From assembly GCF_000025665.1 (NCBI RefSeq), contig NC_013926.1:720001-752000 (forward strand): a DNA stretch of 32,000 nucleotides. The letters are read 5' to 3'. The DNA comes from Aciduliprofundum boonei T469 (lineage in GTDB: Archaea > Thermoplasmatota > Thermoplasmata > Thermoplasmatales > Aciduliprofundaceae). This document shows, piece after piece, positions 16,750 through 24,671 of this stretch. Every line of letters begins with the position of its first letter. Positions within the stretch are counted from its first letter, which is position 1. Below the pieces are notes generated by a model. The model searched no databases. It had not been told where the DNA came from and saw only the letters and a program-made list of their open reading frames with translations. The translations under genes and the position numbers were made by a program.

Positions 16750-17375
16750 CACCCCGCAAGCTCCTCAATTTCCATGGGTCCGTACTCTTTCTCCGCGCTG
16801 AGAATTACCGCGAGAAGAACTGCGCCAATCACATCTAACAAAATTCCAACTTCCAGCAAAAACCCGATGGGGTAAAAGACGATTCCTAAGTAAAGTAAAG
16901 CGTTCTCTTCCACAATGTACCCCGAAATTTGGGCCAGTGCGTTTCTCCGCATAACAATTATCAAAAGACCGAAGAGAAGCAGAATGAATGGGATCATGCC
17001 CTTCCATGTGCCTATGACATTGTAAATGACGAGGTACGCTATGATTCCAACTATCGCGGTTATTATTCCCGCAATCAGAGAGGACTTTGCCTTGGCTCCG
17101 AACTCTCTGTGCTCCCACACTCTCTCCTTTTTTATATCTTTTAGAAGAATATTGGGAATTAGCCATGCCCTGAAAATCAGCGTGAATATTGCTAGAGCTA
17201 TAAGCTCCCACATTCTAAGGTAGAACCCAACTATTCCTATGAGAAGCGATAGAATTATGGTCTGCGCCTGAAGATGCCTTATAACGCTGTGAATATAATT
17301 CTCCGCAATTATTACAAATCCGTAGAGGAGAATGAGAACTCCTAAAAAATCTATTGTGGCCTCGTATGCTATCAT
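16749..17375 (-). CDS. HyfE-like (NuoK-related) small membrane subunit
   Basis: 208 aa, entirely hydrophobic helices. Size and position match hydrogenase-4 component E. ATGA overlap with the upstream gene. Confidence 0.65.
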   Translation of the reverse strand: MIAYEATIDFLGVLILLYGFVIIAENYIHSVIRHLQAQTIILSLLIGIVGFYLRMWELIALAIFTLIFRAWLIPNILLKDIKKERVWEHREFGAKAKSSLIAGIITAIVGIIAYLVIYNVIGTWKGMIPFILLLFGLLIIVMRRNALAQISGYIVEENALLYLGIVFYPIGFLLEVGILLDVIGAVLLAVILSAEKEYGPMEIEELAG

Positions 17376-18331
17376 TGGGGCACACCTCCCACCAGGAAGA
17401 AAGATATCACAGCTAAGAGCGCGGTGAGGTACGAGAAGGTGAGATAATCAATAATTTTGAACAGGCGAATCTTCGCCACGGAAATTTCCACCAAAACGAT
17501 GGCAAATATCACAACGAGCATTTTCACAAAGAGCAAAGCAATACCGTACAGGATAGTAAGAGCATTAACCTGAAGGGGTATGAACCACGGCATTGCAAAT
17601 ACATTTATGAACACGGAGAAGAGGATGAACTGCTTCATGTATGAGCCCCACGATTTTAACGCGTATAGCGGCCCAGAATATTCCAAACCCATTCCCTGCC
17701 CGATCATTCCCAATTCTCCCATTCCGTGACTCTCTATGGGCAATTTTCCGGTATCGAAGAGAAGAAGAAGGAAGAACGCAGTAATGAGAAGAATATGCGT
17801 GGGGGAGAGCATCCACGATAGATTATTCCTCAACGTTTCATTTGTCAGGAAAGGATTGTTCGTTCCCGTGATTAGTGCGACTCCAAAGAAAACGGTGATA
17901 AGGACAGGTTCGGCGAAGGCGCCGAATGTAACTCCTCTTGTGGCACCTATGCCCGTGTAATACGAGCCAGTTTTTTCAGTTCCAATCACAGAGAAGAAAG
18001 ATGCGAATCCAAATAAGAACGCCCCGCCAAGGAAATCCACCAGCGGTGCGAACCACGAGGGAGAGCCGAACACTATGGGCACAACCCATGGTAGAATCAG
18101 GTATGCGGTGAATGAGAGCATGGGCGCCAAGATAAAAAGAGAACCCGCATCTTCTGGCACAACTATCTCCTTCTTGAAGGACTTGGCAAGGTCGTAGTAC
18201 GGCTGGAAAATGGATATACCCTTTCTGGATTCAAATTTAGCTTCCCATTTCTTCAATATACCTACCATTAACGGCGAAAGGGCTAACACGGTCAATACCT
18301 GCACTAAACCTGCTACTATCTCAGGGATCAT
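17372..18331 (-). CDS. NuoH/HycD-like membrane subunit
   Basis: The N-terminus ...LSPLMVGILKKWEAKFESRKGISIFQPYYDLAKSFKKE matches the HycD/NuoH signature (k.kA..Q.R.GP...QPy.Dl.Kl..K). GAGGTGA lies 6 nt upstream of the ATG. Confidence 0.85.
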   Translation of the reverse strand: MIPEIVAGLVQVLTVLALSPLMVGILKKWEAKFESRKGISIFQPYYDLAKSFKKEIVVPEDAGSLFILAPMLSFTAYLILPWVVPIVFGSPSWFAPLVDFLGGAFLFGFASFFSVIGTEKTGSYYTGIGATRGVTFGAFAEPVLITVFFGVALITGTNNPFLTNETLRNNLSWMLSPTHILLITAFFLLLLFDTGKLPIESHGMGELGMIGQGMGLEYSGPLYALKSWGSYMKQFILFSVFINVFAMPWFIPLQVNALTILYGIALLFVKMLVVIFAIVLVEISVAKIRLFKIIDYLTFSYLTALLAVISFFLVGGVPQ

Positions 18332-18410
18332 ATGGCGTCACCTCATGCGAAAAGGCGTCATCAGCCACGCGGGCGTTTCGGGGTGGACGCCATCACCCGA
18401 AGCAGAGGTG
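18332..18410 (-). promoter_or_regulatory. GC-rich structured 5' leader of the hydrogenase-related operon
   Basis: Minus strand: cTTCGGGTGatggcgtcCACCCCGAAacgcccgcgtggctgatgacgccttttcgcatGAGGTGAcgccatATG. An 8-bp hairpin (plus-strand 18376-18402) sits next to a repeated TGACGCC motif, in an otherwise AT-rich spacer. Confidence 0.3.
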
Positions 18411-18776
18411 AATTTTGAGTTTAATATTTAATGCTTTCCATTACCCACAGTGTTCAGGGGTGAGGGTAATCGGTGCTTTATTTTTTTATATTTCTCATCT
18501 ACCTCACAAATTTATTGGATAAAGACCCCTCAGCACCACTGTGAGATGTAATCATATAATGCCTTTGGGACTCTCTTTCTAAACTCACCCATTTAGAATT
18601 CTTTTAGGATAAAACACTTTTCTCAAGAACCACCAGCGAGTTCCTAAAAGTCCCTTTAGAAAAGGTGCCATAGCTCTGCTAAAGCAGTGCGTGTTCGCAT
18701 CTCGCGATGCTCATTTACCCCCAAACATAGTAGTTTTTACCTCCTGCAACCTAAGAATGAATTTCTTTCGAGATGA

Positions 18777-18830
18777 AGCCCCTTTTAATTCTTTGGGGGT
18801 AAAGCACCTTTCTTCCCAAGAAAGGGGCTT
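18777..18830 (-). other. Long hairpin directly 3' of tRNA-Pro
   Basis: AAGCCCCTTT ... AAAGGGGCTT form a perfect 10-bp stem enclosing about 34 nt. It starts 2 nt after the tRNA discriminator base. Confidence 0.35.
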
Positions 18831-18832
18831 AG

Positions 18833-18958
18833 TGGGGCCGCCGAGATTTGAACTCGAGTCTCCGGCTTTTCCGGTTGGGGCAAGGAAGGGTTTTGAAAGG
18901 GGAACTTTGGTGCCCCTTCACCCGAAGCCGGAAGGATGCCAAGCTACCCCACGGCCCC
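18833..18958 (-). tRNA. tRNA-Pro (anticodon CGG) interrupted by a 53-nt intron at position 37/38
   Basis: Exons: GGGGCCGTGGGGTAGCTTGGCATCCTTCCGGCTTCGGG / AGCCGGAGACTCGAGTTCAAATCTCGGCGGCCCCA. They give a 7-bp acceptor stem, anticodon stem CCGGC/GCCGG and T-loop TTCAAAT. The 5' part is the typical archaeal tRNA-Pro sequence. Confidence 0.85.
18868..18920 (-). other. tRNA-Pro intron (bulge-helix-bulge substrate)
   Basis: Hand fold: the central 4-bp helix pairs U32-U33-C34-G35 with intron CGGA. It is flanked by 3-nt bulges GG^U and AA^A, each carrying a splice site. Confidence 0.75.
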
Positions 18959-18982
18959 ATAAAGGCGGTAATACAAAAAAAG

Positions 18983-18990
18983 ATAATAAA
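18983..18990 (-). promoter_or_regulatory. TATA box for tRNA-Pro
   Basis: Minus-strand TTTATTAT lies at about -25 to -32 from tRNA position 1. Confidence 0.5.
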
Positions 18991-18997
18991 TTTTTAG

Positions 18998-19014
18998 AAT
19001 AAAAAAGAAAAATA
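18998..19014 (-). terminator. Oligo-T terminator after the large surface-protein gene
   Basis: Minus-strand TATTTTCTTTTTTATT begins 6 nt after the stop codon, consistent with archaeal oligo-U termination. Confidence 0.4.
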
Positions 19015-19019
19015 GGGGA

Positions 19020-22000
19020 TTATTCCTCAAGATCTTCTTCTGAGGATCCTTCCTCTGTTTCTTCGGAATTCTCTTCTTTTTCCATTTCTTTTTCTCTGAC
19101 TTCCCTTGGTTTTTTACCCTTTTTCACCATTGCTACTGCTATCACTATAATTATGATTATTATCACTAGTATAGAAAGCCCAATGACGAGGCTAGTCATG
19201 CCACCTGCTTCTTTGATTTGGAAGGTTATTTTGGCTGTGTTCGAATTGCCGGCTTTATCTACTGCTTTGATGATTACGGTGTGTTGCCCCACGCTTAAGC
19301 CTGTGAAGTTGTAAGATGTCTGTGTTTCAACTTTTGTCCAGCTTCCGTTATCTATCTTTATCTCGTAGTATGCGATTCCGAGGTTGTCGCTACCGCTCCA
19401 AGATACTACCACATAGTTATTCGTTGTATTGTAGTTCTCCGTTGGAGAAGTGATCTCTATTGTAGGCGCCTGTGTATCTACTGTTATTGCTATGGATTTC
19501 TCCTTGGAATTTCCCGCTTCATCTACTGCTTTGACATAAATGGTATGCTGTCCATCCTGGAGATTTAAATTATATGATGTGGAATTTCCAACATTCTTCC
19601 ATGCTCCATTATCCACTTTTATTTCATAGTATGCAATTGCAAAGTTATCGCTGCCGCTCCATTTTACTGTGATAGAAGAGCTGTTTGTTATCATGTTATT
19701 CTCTGGAGCAGTTATATTTAATGTTGGAGCTTTTGTATCTACTTTGAAGCTAAAGGATGTTTGATTGTAATTTCCAGCTTTGTCATATACTCTCAAGACA
19801 ACATTATGCAAACCGTTGCTTAGATTTGTAAATGTGTATTCGTTCACATTGCCTATGTTATTCCAGTTGCTGCCATCTAATTGAATTTCAGAGTAATTCA
19901 CAGCTACATTATCACTTGCAATCCATTTTAGTGTAATAGTATTTGTGTTTATCCAAGAGCCACTTTGAATACTCATATTCCACTGCACTGTTGGAGGTAT
20001 AGTATCTATTGAGAAGTTCAAATATACTGTTCTCCTGTTTCCTGCAGCATCCATGCCCAAAAGGGTTACTTCATGTTTTCCGCTTTTCAACCCTTGGGCT
20101 AAGTACTGTGTATTGCTTCCAACAGGCATTGGAAGATTGTTATCGATAGTGATCATAAATATAACCTTGCTTTCATCGCTATATGTCCATTTTATCAATA
20201 CATTTGATGTGTTAACATAAGAATTCTCCTTTGGAGATATGAAGTGTATCTGTGGTGGAGTTGTATCAACCTCAAACGATACCTGTGCGATTGCGGAGTT
20301 ATTGGAGAAATCAAATGCTTCTACATACACTGTATGCTGTCCATCTTTAACATTGTTGAATGTGTATTTGGTTGCATTGCCGACATTTATCCAGCTTCCA
20401 TCATCTAGCTTCACCTGATAATGGGATATGCCGATGTTATCTGTACCGTTCCAGTAAACCGTTATTGAAGAGGTTGCCAATATTTTTCCGTTTGTGGGTG
20501 AGCTTATTGACACTTTAGGAGGCACGGCATCCCAAGCTTTCATGAGTGGATAATAATCTTTTGCAGAGCCTCCGGGTATTACATAAGGAGTATCTCCGAA
20601 TCCATCATGGTTTGCATCGGTACCGTTGTAATCGCTCCAGTAATTACCTCCAACTGGCGGCGCTAAAGACCATGTGTTGTTCTCATTGTCATATGCTTGA
20701 TATTTGTTATTTATGAAATTATTGTGATATATCGTGTTATTATAAGAACTGCTAACCCTCAGGCCGTATCTATTGTTTGAGAAAGTATTGTTGTTTATGA
20801 CACTATTCTTAACACTGTACATCACTATTCCGAATATGTTGTTTGTGAAATAGCTGCCAAATACCTTTATGGAATTGGAATACCTTATGGTAACTCCCCA
20901 GTAAGAGCTATTCACCATGCTGTAGAGAACTTCTACATTGGATGAACGCTCTATGAATAACTCGCCCACGCCATCTATGGTCACATTATTTAGAGTTACA
21001 TTTGTTGAGTAAAATACTCCAATATACCCTGCGTCTACATTTGCTAGTGTATATCCATCCTTGTTATTGATGTAGTAAAGCGGTTTACCACCAACTGTAT
21101 TGTTTGAATATATGGTTTGATTGTAATAGAGAGCTTTTGGATATGAGGACACATATACTGGATGTGTGTTGTTAAAGAATTGGTTTGATGCAAGGGTATT
21201 GTGATAAGAAGCGTAGAAGAATACACCATAGTAATTGTCGTAGATTTTGTTCTTCATTATATATCCATTTTGTACATTATGAAGCCCTATACCATAGCCA
21301 CTTGAAGTATTATGTAAGTAACATTTTTCAATTATGAAGTAGGCGGTTGTATTGGTAATGCTTATTGCATAAGAACTACCATTGGCATCTATGTCCCACC
21401 AACCTATGATGTATGGATTATCTTTAGTGCCATTGCCTCCTATGACACCGTTGCTTGCAGTGAAATCTGAATTCGAGTTAATTTTTATTGTATGGAATGG
21501 TTGTATTGGCCTAAGATATGCTCTGACAATTGCATCATGCGAAGAGTCCTGTAAAGCAGGGACATCGGGAGAGTTATCGGATACCTGATATGGTTTTCCG
21601 GGTATGTACTTGTTGGGGTAATATTCGATGTGGAATGAGGTAATTATCATCTTCTTGCTCCATTTGTGTGCATAAAGGAAGAATTCATTAGAGGAGTTAT
21701 AACTGAAGTTGCCCATAAAGTCAGTCAAATCCACTGCTAAGAATGTTGGGAATGGATGGTCTCCTCCGTTATAAGAGGTCGGCGAGATGTTTCCAAATAT
21801 TGAGCGTTTTATCTGAATTGGATGAGAAGGTGAACCAATACCAAGGTCTATTGGAGTGATTCTCGTACCTGGATGATTTGGATCAACATTCCATGTGGCT
21901 AATAATTTTGGCTGGTAGTTATGTCTAGGTGTCATATAATAAGCATCAGGCCAACCCTGACCCATGGCTAGTATTTTGTACATTGCTTTATATGTTATCC

Positions 22001-23018
22001 AGTAGTAACCTCCTACACCCCAGCCGGTTCCCCAGGAGTTAACTATCTTGAAAGCTCCTTGATCTCCATTATCCTTTATAGTATCATTCCAGCCAACTAT
22101 TGTTTGGGCATGATTGGGAGAACCGCTTGCATCATACTCACTGTACGAAATTATGTAATTTCCTCCGTTATTGAAGATATTGTCATATTCATCTGCATCT
22201 ATTGCAAAATTAACTGTGTAGCCTTCAGCAAGTACAGCTTTTATGGCATTGGTTAAGTTATCAACTTGCTGTTGTGTTGGAGCGTTGTTTGTTCCTACAG
22301 TAGTGTTTATTATGGCACTCACATTTAGTACATATCCATCCTGTATCCTATATAATGGGGCTTCTCTCCAAGCAGCTTCATCTCCCCAAGAGACAGCATC
22401 ATGGTCGTTGTAGGGCATTGTGTACATTGTAGCTCCTCCCAAACGATATAGAACTAACATATTTGCTATGAAACTTGAACCTTGATCAGAGCCACCATTC
22501 ACTTTGTTGTAAGTCCATGCAGGACTCATAAGATGATGCTTGTTGTAGCCATAGTGGGCATCTGTCCAGTTATGTGTGTATGCCTGGAGCCAACCCTCGC
22601 TGTAATATGTTACAGCCCAAGCTGCACAAGAACCCTGGGCACCCTGATTGCCTACTTTAGGAAATCTCGGATCCTTTGATAAATCTAGAGTTGAGGGAAA
22701 TCCTCTTGGAGCATATACAGAATTTACTACCATTAACTTTCCAACAGAGTTTTCTATGGTGTGCCTAGAGGGTGTTTTGAAACCGGTATAATATCCTCCA
22801 GCTTTCAAATTACCCGTTTGTATATCCTTTATATGTTCCATCATGAACTTTGCGTCACCTTGATTGAAATAATGGATGTCGTAAGCAATAGGTTCATCTA
22901 CAGGTTTGAATAAATGTTGGGTATTGCTATGATGTGCCTGTGCAAGAGCTGGTATCACTGAAAAGCCACTGAACAACAATACACTTATCACTATTATAAC
23001 TATCAACGCCTTTTTCAT
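19020..23018 (-). CDS. Large membrane-anchored surface protein: signal peptide, papain-like (C1) cysteine peptidase, beta-sandwich linker, NosD-like right-handed beta-helix, five Ig-like repeats, TM, charged tail
   Basis: C1 catalytic set Q..GSCAAWA, NHAQTIVGW and NSWGTGWGVGGYYWI. Beta-helix repeats (NNTFSNNRYGLRVSSSYNNTIYHNNFINN) end in GGNYWSDYNGTDANHDGFGDTPYVIPGG..DYYPL. The TM is LVIGLSILVIIIIIIVIAVAMV. The ORF-track start at 23045 is a TTG. The ATG at 23018 (MKKALIV...) has GGGTG and AATATTAATAAA upstream. Confidence 0.9.
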   Translation of the reverse strand: MKKALIVIIVISVLLFSGFSVIPALAQAHHSNTQHLFKPVDEPIAYDIHYFNQGDAKFMMEHIKDIQTGNLKAGGYYTGFKTPSRHTIENSVGKLMVVNSVYAPRGFPSTLDLSKDPRFPKVGNQGAQGSCAAWAVTYYSEGWLQAYTHNWTDAHYGYNKHHLMSPAWTYNKVNGGSDQGSSFIANMLVLYRLGGATMYTMPYNDHDAVSWGDEAAWREAPLYRIQDGYVLNVSAIINTTVGTNNAPTQQQVDNLTNAIKAVLAEGYTVNFAIDADEYDNIFNNGGNYIISYSEYDASGSPNHAQTIVGWNDTIKDNGDQGAFKIVNSWGTGWGVGGYYWITYKAMYKILAMGQGWPDAYYMTPRHNYQPKLLATWNVDPNHPGTRITPIDLGIGSPSHPIQIKRSIFGNISPTSYNGGDHPFPTFLAVDLTDFMGNFSYNSSNEFFLYAHKWSKKMIITSFHIEYYPNKYIPGKPYQVSDNSPDVPALQDSSHDAIVRAYLRPIQPFHTIKINSNSDFTASNGVIGGNGTKDNPYIIGWWDIDANGSSYAISITNTTAYFIIEKCYLHNTSSGYGIGLHNVQNGYIMKNKIYDNYYGVFFYASYHNTLASNQFFNNTHPVYVSSYPKALYYNQTIYSNNTVGGKPLYYINNKDGYTLANVDAGYIGVFYSTNVTLNNVTIDGVGELFIERSSNVEVLYSMVNSSYWGVTIRYSNSIKVFGSYFTNNIFGIVMYSVKNSVINNNTFSNNRYGLRVSSSYNNTIYHNNFINNKYQAYDNENNTWSLAPPVGGNYWSDYNGTDANHDGFGDTPYVIPGGSAKDYYPLMKAWDAVPPKVSISSPTNGKILATSSITVYWNGTDNIGISHYQVKLDDGSWINVGNATKYTFNNVKDGQHTVYVEAFDFSNNSAIAQVSFEVDTTPPQIHFISPKENSYVNTSNVLIKWTYSDESKVIFMITIDNNLPMPVGSNTQYLAQGLKSGKHEVTLLGMDAAGNRRTVYLNFSIDTIPPTVQWNMSIQSGSWINTNTITLKWIASDNVAVNYSEIQLDGSNWNNIGNVNEYTFTNLSNGLHNVVLRVYDKAGNYNQTSFSFKVDTKAPTLNITAPENNMITNSSSITVKWSGSDNFAIAYYEIKVDNGAWKNVGNSTSYNLNLQDGQHTIYVKAVDEAGNSKEKSIAITVDTQAPTIEITSPTENYNTTNNYVVVSWSGSDNLGIAYYEIKIDNGSWTKVETQTSYNFTGLSVGQHTVIIKAVDKAGNSNTAKITFQIKEAGGMTSLVIGLSILVIIIIIIVIAVAMVKKGKKPREVREKEMEKEENSEETEEGSSEEDLEE
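19212..20531 (-). repeat. Five tandem Ig-like modules of about 87-89 aa (coding repeats)
   Basis: Each unit follows (T/A).PP.(V/I)...SP.N......(I/V).(V/L).W.(G/A)SDN..(I/V).(Y/H)Y.(I/V)K.D.G.W..VGN.T.Y.F..L.DG.HT(V/I).V.A.D.AGN. Boundaries are good to about +/-3 nt. Confidence 0.75.
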
Positions 23019-23069
23019 TTTATGCACCCGGGCGGAGTATATCAATCTTTATTAATATTTTTTTCGTCT

Positions 23070-23744
23070 CTATGCAAAATTGGAAAGTTCCTGGATGAGC
23101 TTTTTCAATTGTTCATTCAGTTCTTTCATAACTTTCAAGTTTTCTTTATGAGAAGTTTTTCCATCTACATAATTTACCACGATGCAGATAGGTTGATAGC
23201 ATAAATTGAGTTCTTTTGCAAGTTTTGCTTCTGGAGCAACGGTCATACCAACTATATCGGCTCCTAAAATTCTTAGCATATTCGCCTCTGCAGCCGTTTC
23301 AAATTGGGGGCCTTTCATGGTTGCGTATGTGCCACCTACAGGGATGCTCAATTTTTCGTTAATTTTTTCTCTTAATTCTTTGCAAAATGGCTCGTACATG
23401 TTCACATGGTACAGCTCATTGTCGTGATATGTCCATACCCTATTTGTAAAATCAAGCAAATTAGCGGGCAGCAGGAAACTCCCGGGCTTTATATTATCCT
23501 TCAATGAGCCTACAGTGCTTATTGCAACTATATTTTTCACATTTAATTCTCTGAATGCCATTATATTGGCGTGGTAATTGACCCTGTGTGGGGGCTTTGG
23601 AGGATTACTATGGCGGGATACAAATGCAAAGTTATCACCTATGAAAACCTTTACATCTCCATACTCTGTTTTCTCAATTTTCTCCTTGCCGTCTATACCT
23701 TCAATTCCATCGTATAACCCGCTTCCACCTATTATTCCTATCAT
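23070..23744 (-). CDS. MTAP-family purine nucleoside / 5'-methylthioadenosine phosphorylase
   Basis: MIGIIGGSGLY..., FVSRHSNPP..PHRVNYHANI, GGTYATMKGPQFETAAE and GADIVGMT blocks. ATGA overlap with the upstream gene. Confidence 0.8.
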   Translation of the reverse strand: MIGIIGGSGLYDGIEGIDGKEKIEKTEYGDVKVFIGDNFAFVSRHSNPPKPPHRVNYHANIMAFRELNVKNIVAISTVGSLKDNIKPGSFLLPANLLDFTNRVWTYHDNELYHVNMYEPFCKELREKINEKLSIPVGGTYATMKGPQFETAAEANMLRILGADIVGMTVAPEAKLAKELNLCYQPICIVVNYVDGKTSHKENLKVMKELNEQLKKLIQELSNFA

Positions 23745-24613
23745 TTTTTCAACTCTCCCAAAGTCGTGATGCGCTCTGCGAAGGCATTGTGTTTGTGTAT
23801 ACTCTCCTCACTTTCACTCCTCACTATTATTAACACATCATCTGGAAGTTGTTTGTACTTCTGCAATATTCTATGGAGTATCTCCCTTACAACATCTTCA
23901 ACGAACTTTGGATTCTCATGCGCTCTCAGCACGACCTCTCCTTCATCTCTTCTTTTAAGAATTTCATAGGTTGGAGAAGAAACAGAATTTTCTATGATTT
24001 CTATCAAATCGTTTGCTTCGATTTCATATCCTTCTGGAACTTCGAGCATCACAGTCGCCATGTTTCTCTGGTTATGGGTTGGCACGGGTATCTCGTTGAG
24101 CAAAGAATCTTTGTATTTCTCTTTTAGAATAGTTCTAACAGTCTCCATTGCACATGGGCATGCAGTCATACCAACAACTTCAACCCCAACCATTTTTTTT
24201 ACCCCGCTCTCATCCATTTTCGCCCTTCCTATGAGCCCATACCTCTCTATTGTTTTTCTTCCTAAAGGGGTTTTTCTTTCAAGGAAATAATCAGCCTTTA
24301 AATTAACCTCGGCATAAGTCGCATATTCATGTTTTCTCATAACCTTCTTTACTATCTTGCTTGCTAAGTTTTCTATGCCTGTGCACGGAGTAGTTATACT
24401 CTCTTCTAAAATCTCAGATATGACCTCCATATTGCGAGACATATCGGAGCCCTTCTTTGATGGTGGTAAATCCACGAATATGTCTATCGTTGTTACAAGA
24501 GTGACTGTTTTATCCCCCCTCTTAACGAATATGGGCTTTACCACATTCTTAACTCCTACGCGGGTTATCTTGTACCTTTTTTCTGGCTGAAGACCTTGAA
24601 CATCAGGATACAT
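23741..24613 (-). CDS. mptA: GTP cyclohydrolase, FolE2/MptA family
   Basis: YPDVQ......ITRVGVKNVVKPI N-terminal block, GSDMSRN and MTACPCAME blocks. The start was reset to the ATG at 24613 (MYPDVQG), which has its own TATA-like box upstream. Confidence 0.8.
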   Translation of the reverse strand: MYPDVQGLQPEKRYKITRVGVKNVVKPIFVKRGDKTVTLVTTIDIFVDLPPSKKGSDMSRNMEVISEILEESITTPCTGIENLASKIVKKVMRKHEYATYAEVNLKADYFLERKTPLGRKTIERYGLIGRAKMDESGVKKMVGVEVVGMTACPCAMETVRTILKEKYKDSLLNEIPVPTHNQRNMATVMLEVPEGYEIEANDLIEIIENSVSSPTYEILKRRDEGEVVLRAHENPKFVEDVVREILHRILQKYKQLPDDVLIIVRSESEESIHKHNAFAERITTLGELKK

Positions 24614-24671
24614 ACTTGGAGATTGGCACTTGGGATAAAAAGATTTTTGGGAGGTATGAACATTCAGTTTT
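24614..24671. promoter_or_regulatory. Divergent promoter region (mptA to the left, M16 peptidase to the right)
   Basis: The 58-bp spacer holds a near-palindromic AT box, gggatAAAAAGATTTTTggg. It sits about 25-30 nt from both start codons. Confidence 0.4.

Noticed and set aside
15791-17211. Same-strand alternative-frame ORFs (169, 76 and 148 aa) inside the NuoN-like and HyfE-like genes
   Set aside because: Their composition is Arg/His/Cys-rich nonsense, typical of an off-frame reading of membrane-protein codons. The annotated frames carry family motifs.
11845-18331. Calling the cluster a functional membrane-bound [NiFe] hydrogenase or formate hydrogenlyase
   Set aside because: The large-subunit homolog lacks all four Ni-Fe cysteine ligands in my alignment. 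No HycF/NuoI-type ferredoxin subunit, formate dehydrogenase or hyp genes are present. The homology supports only a hydrogenase-related complex.
11845-18331. Higher GC content of the Ehr-like operon as evidence of horizontal transfer
   Set aside because: Spot counts of single 60-nt lines gave about 40-65 percent here. Other core genes (UbiD, GGGPS) also gave 48-50 percent. Only the surface-protein genes are clearly lower. A windowed calculation is needed, so no claim is made.
18332-18372. C/D-box sRNA in the operon leader (minus-strand CUGAUGA ... CUGA)
   Set aside because: There is only one C-like and one D-like box, about 33 nt apart. No C'/D' pair or terminal stem is present, and the D-like box lies inside the coding sequence.
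18440-18958. Integrated element using tRNA-Pro as its attachment site
   Set aside because: I found no integrase gene and no second copy of a tRNA-Pro fragment in the window that could serve as the other att site.
18691-19002. 103-aa plus-strand ORF
   Set aside because: It runs straight through the tRNA-Pro gene and its intron, so it is an artefact.
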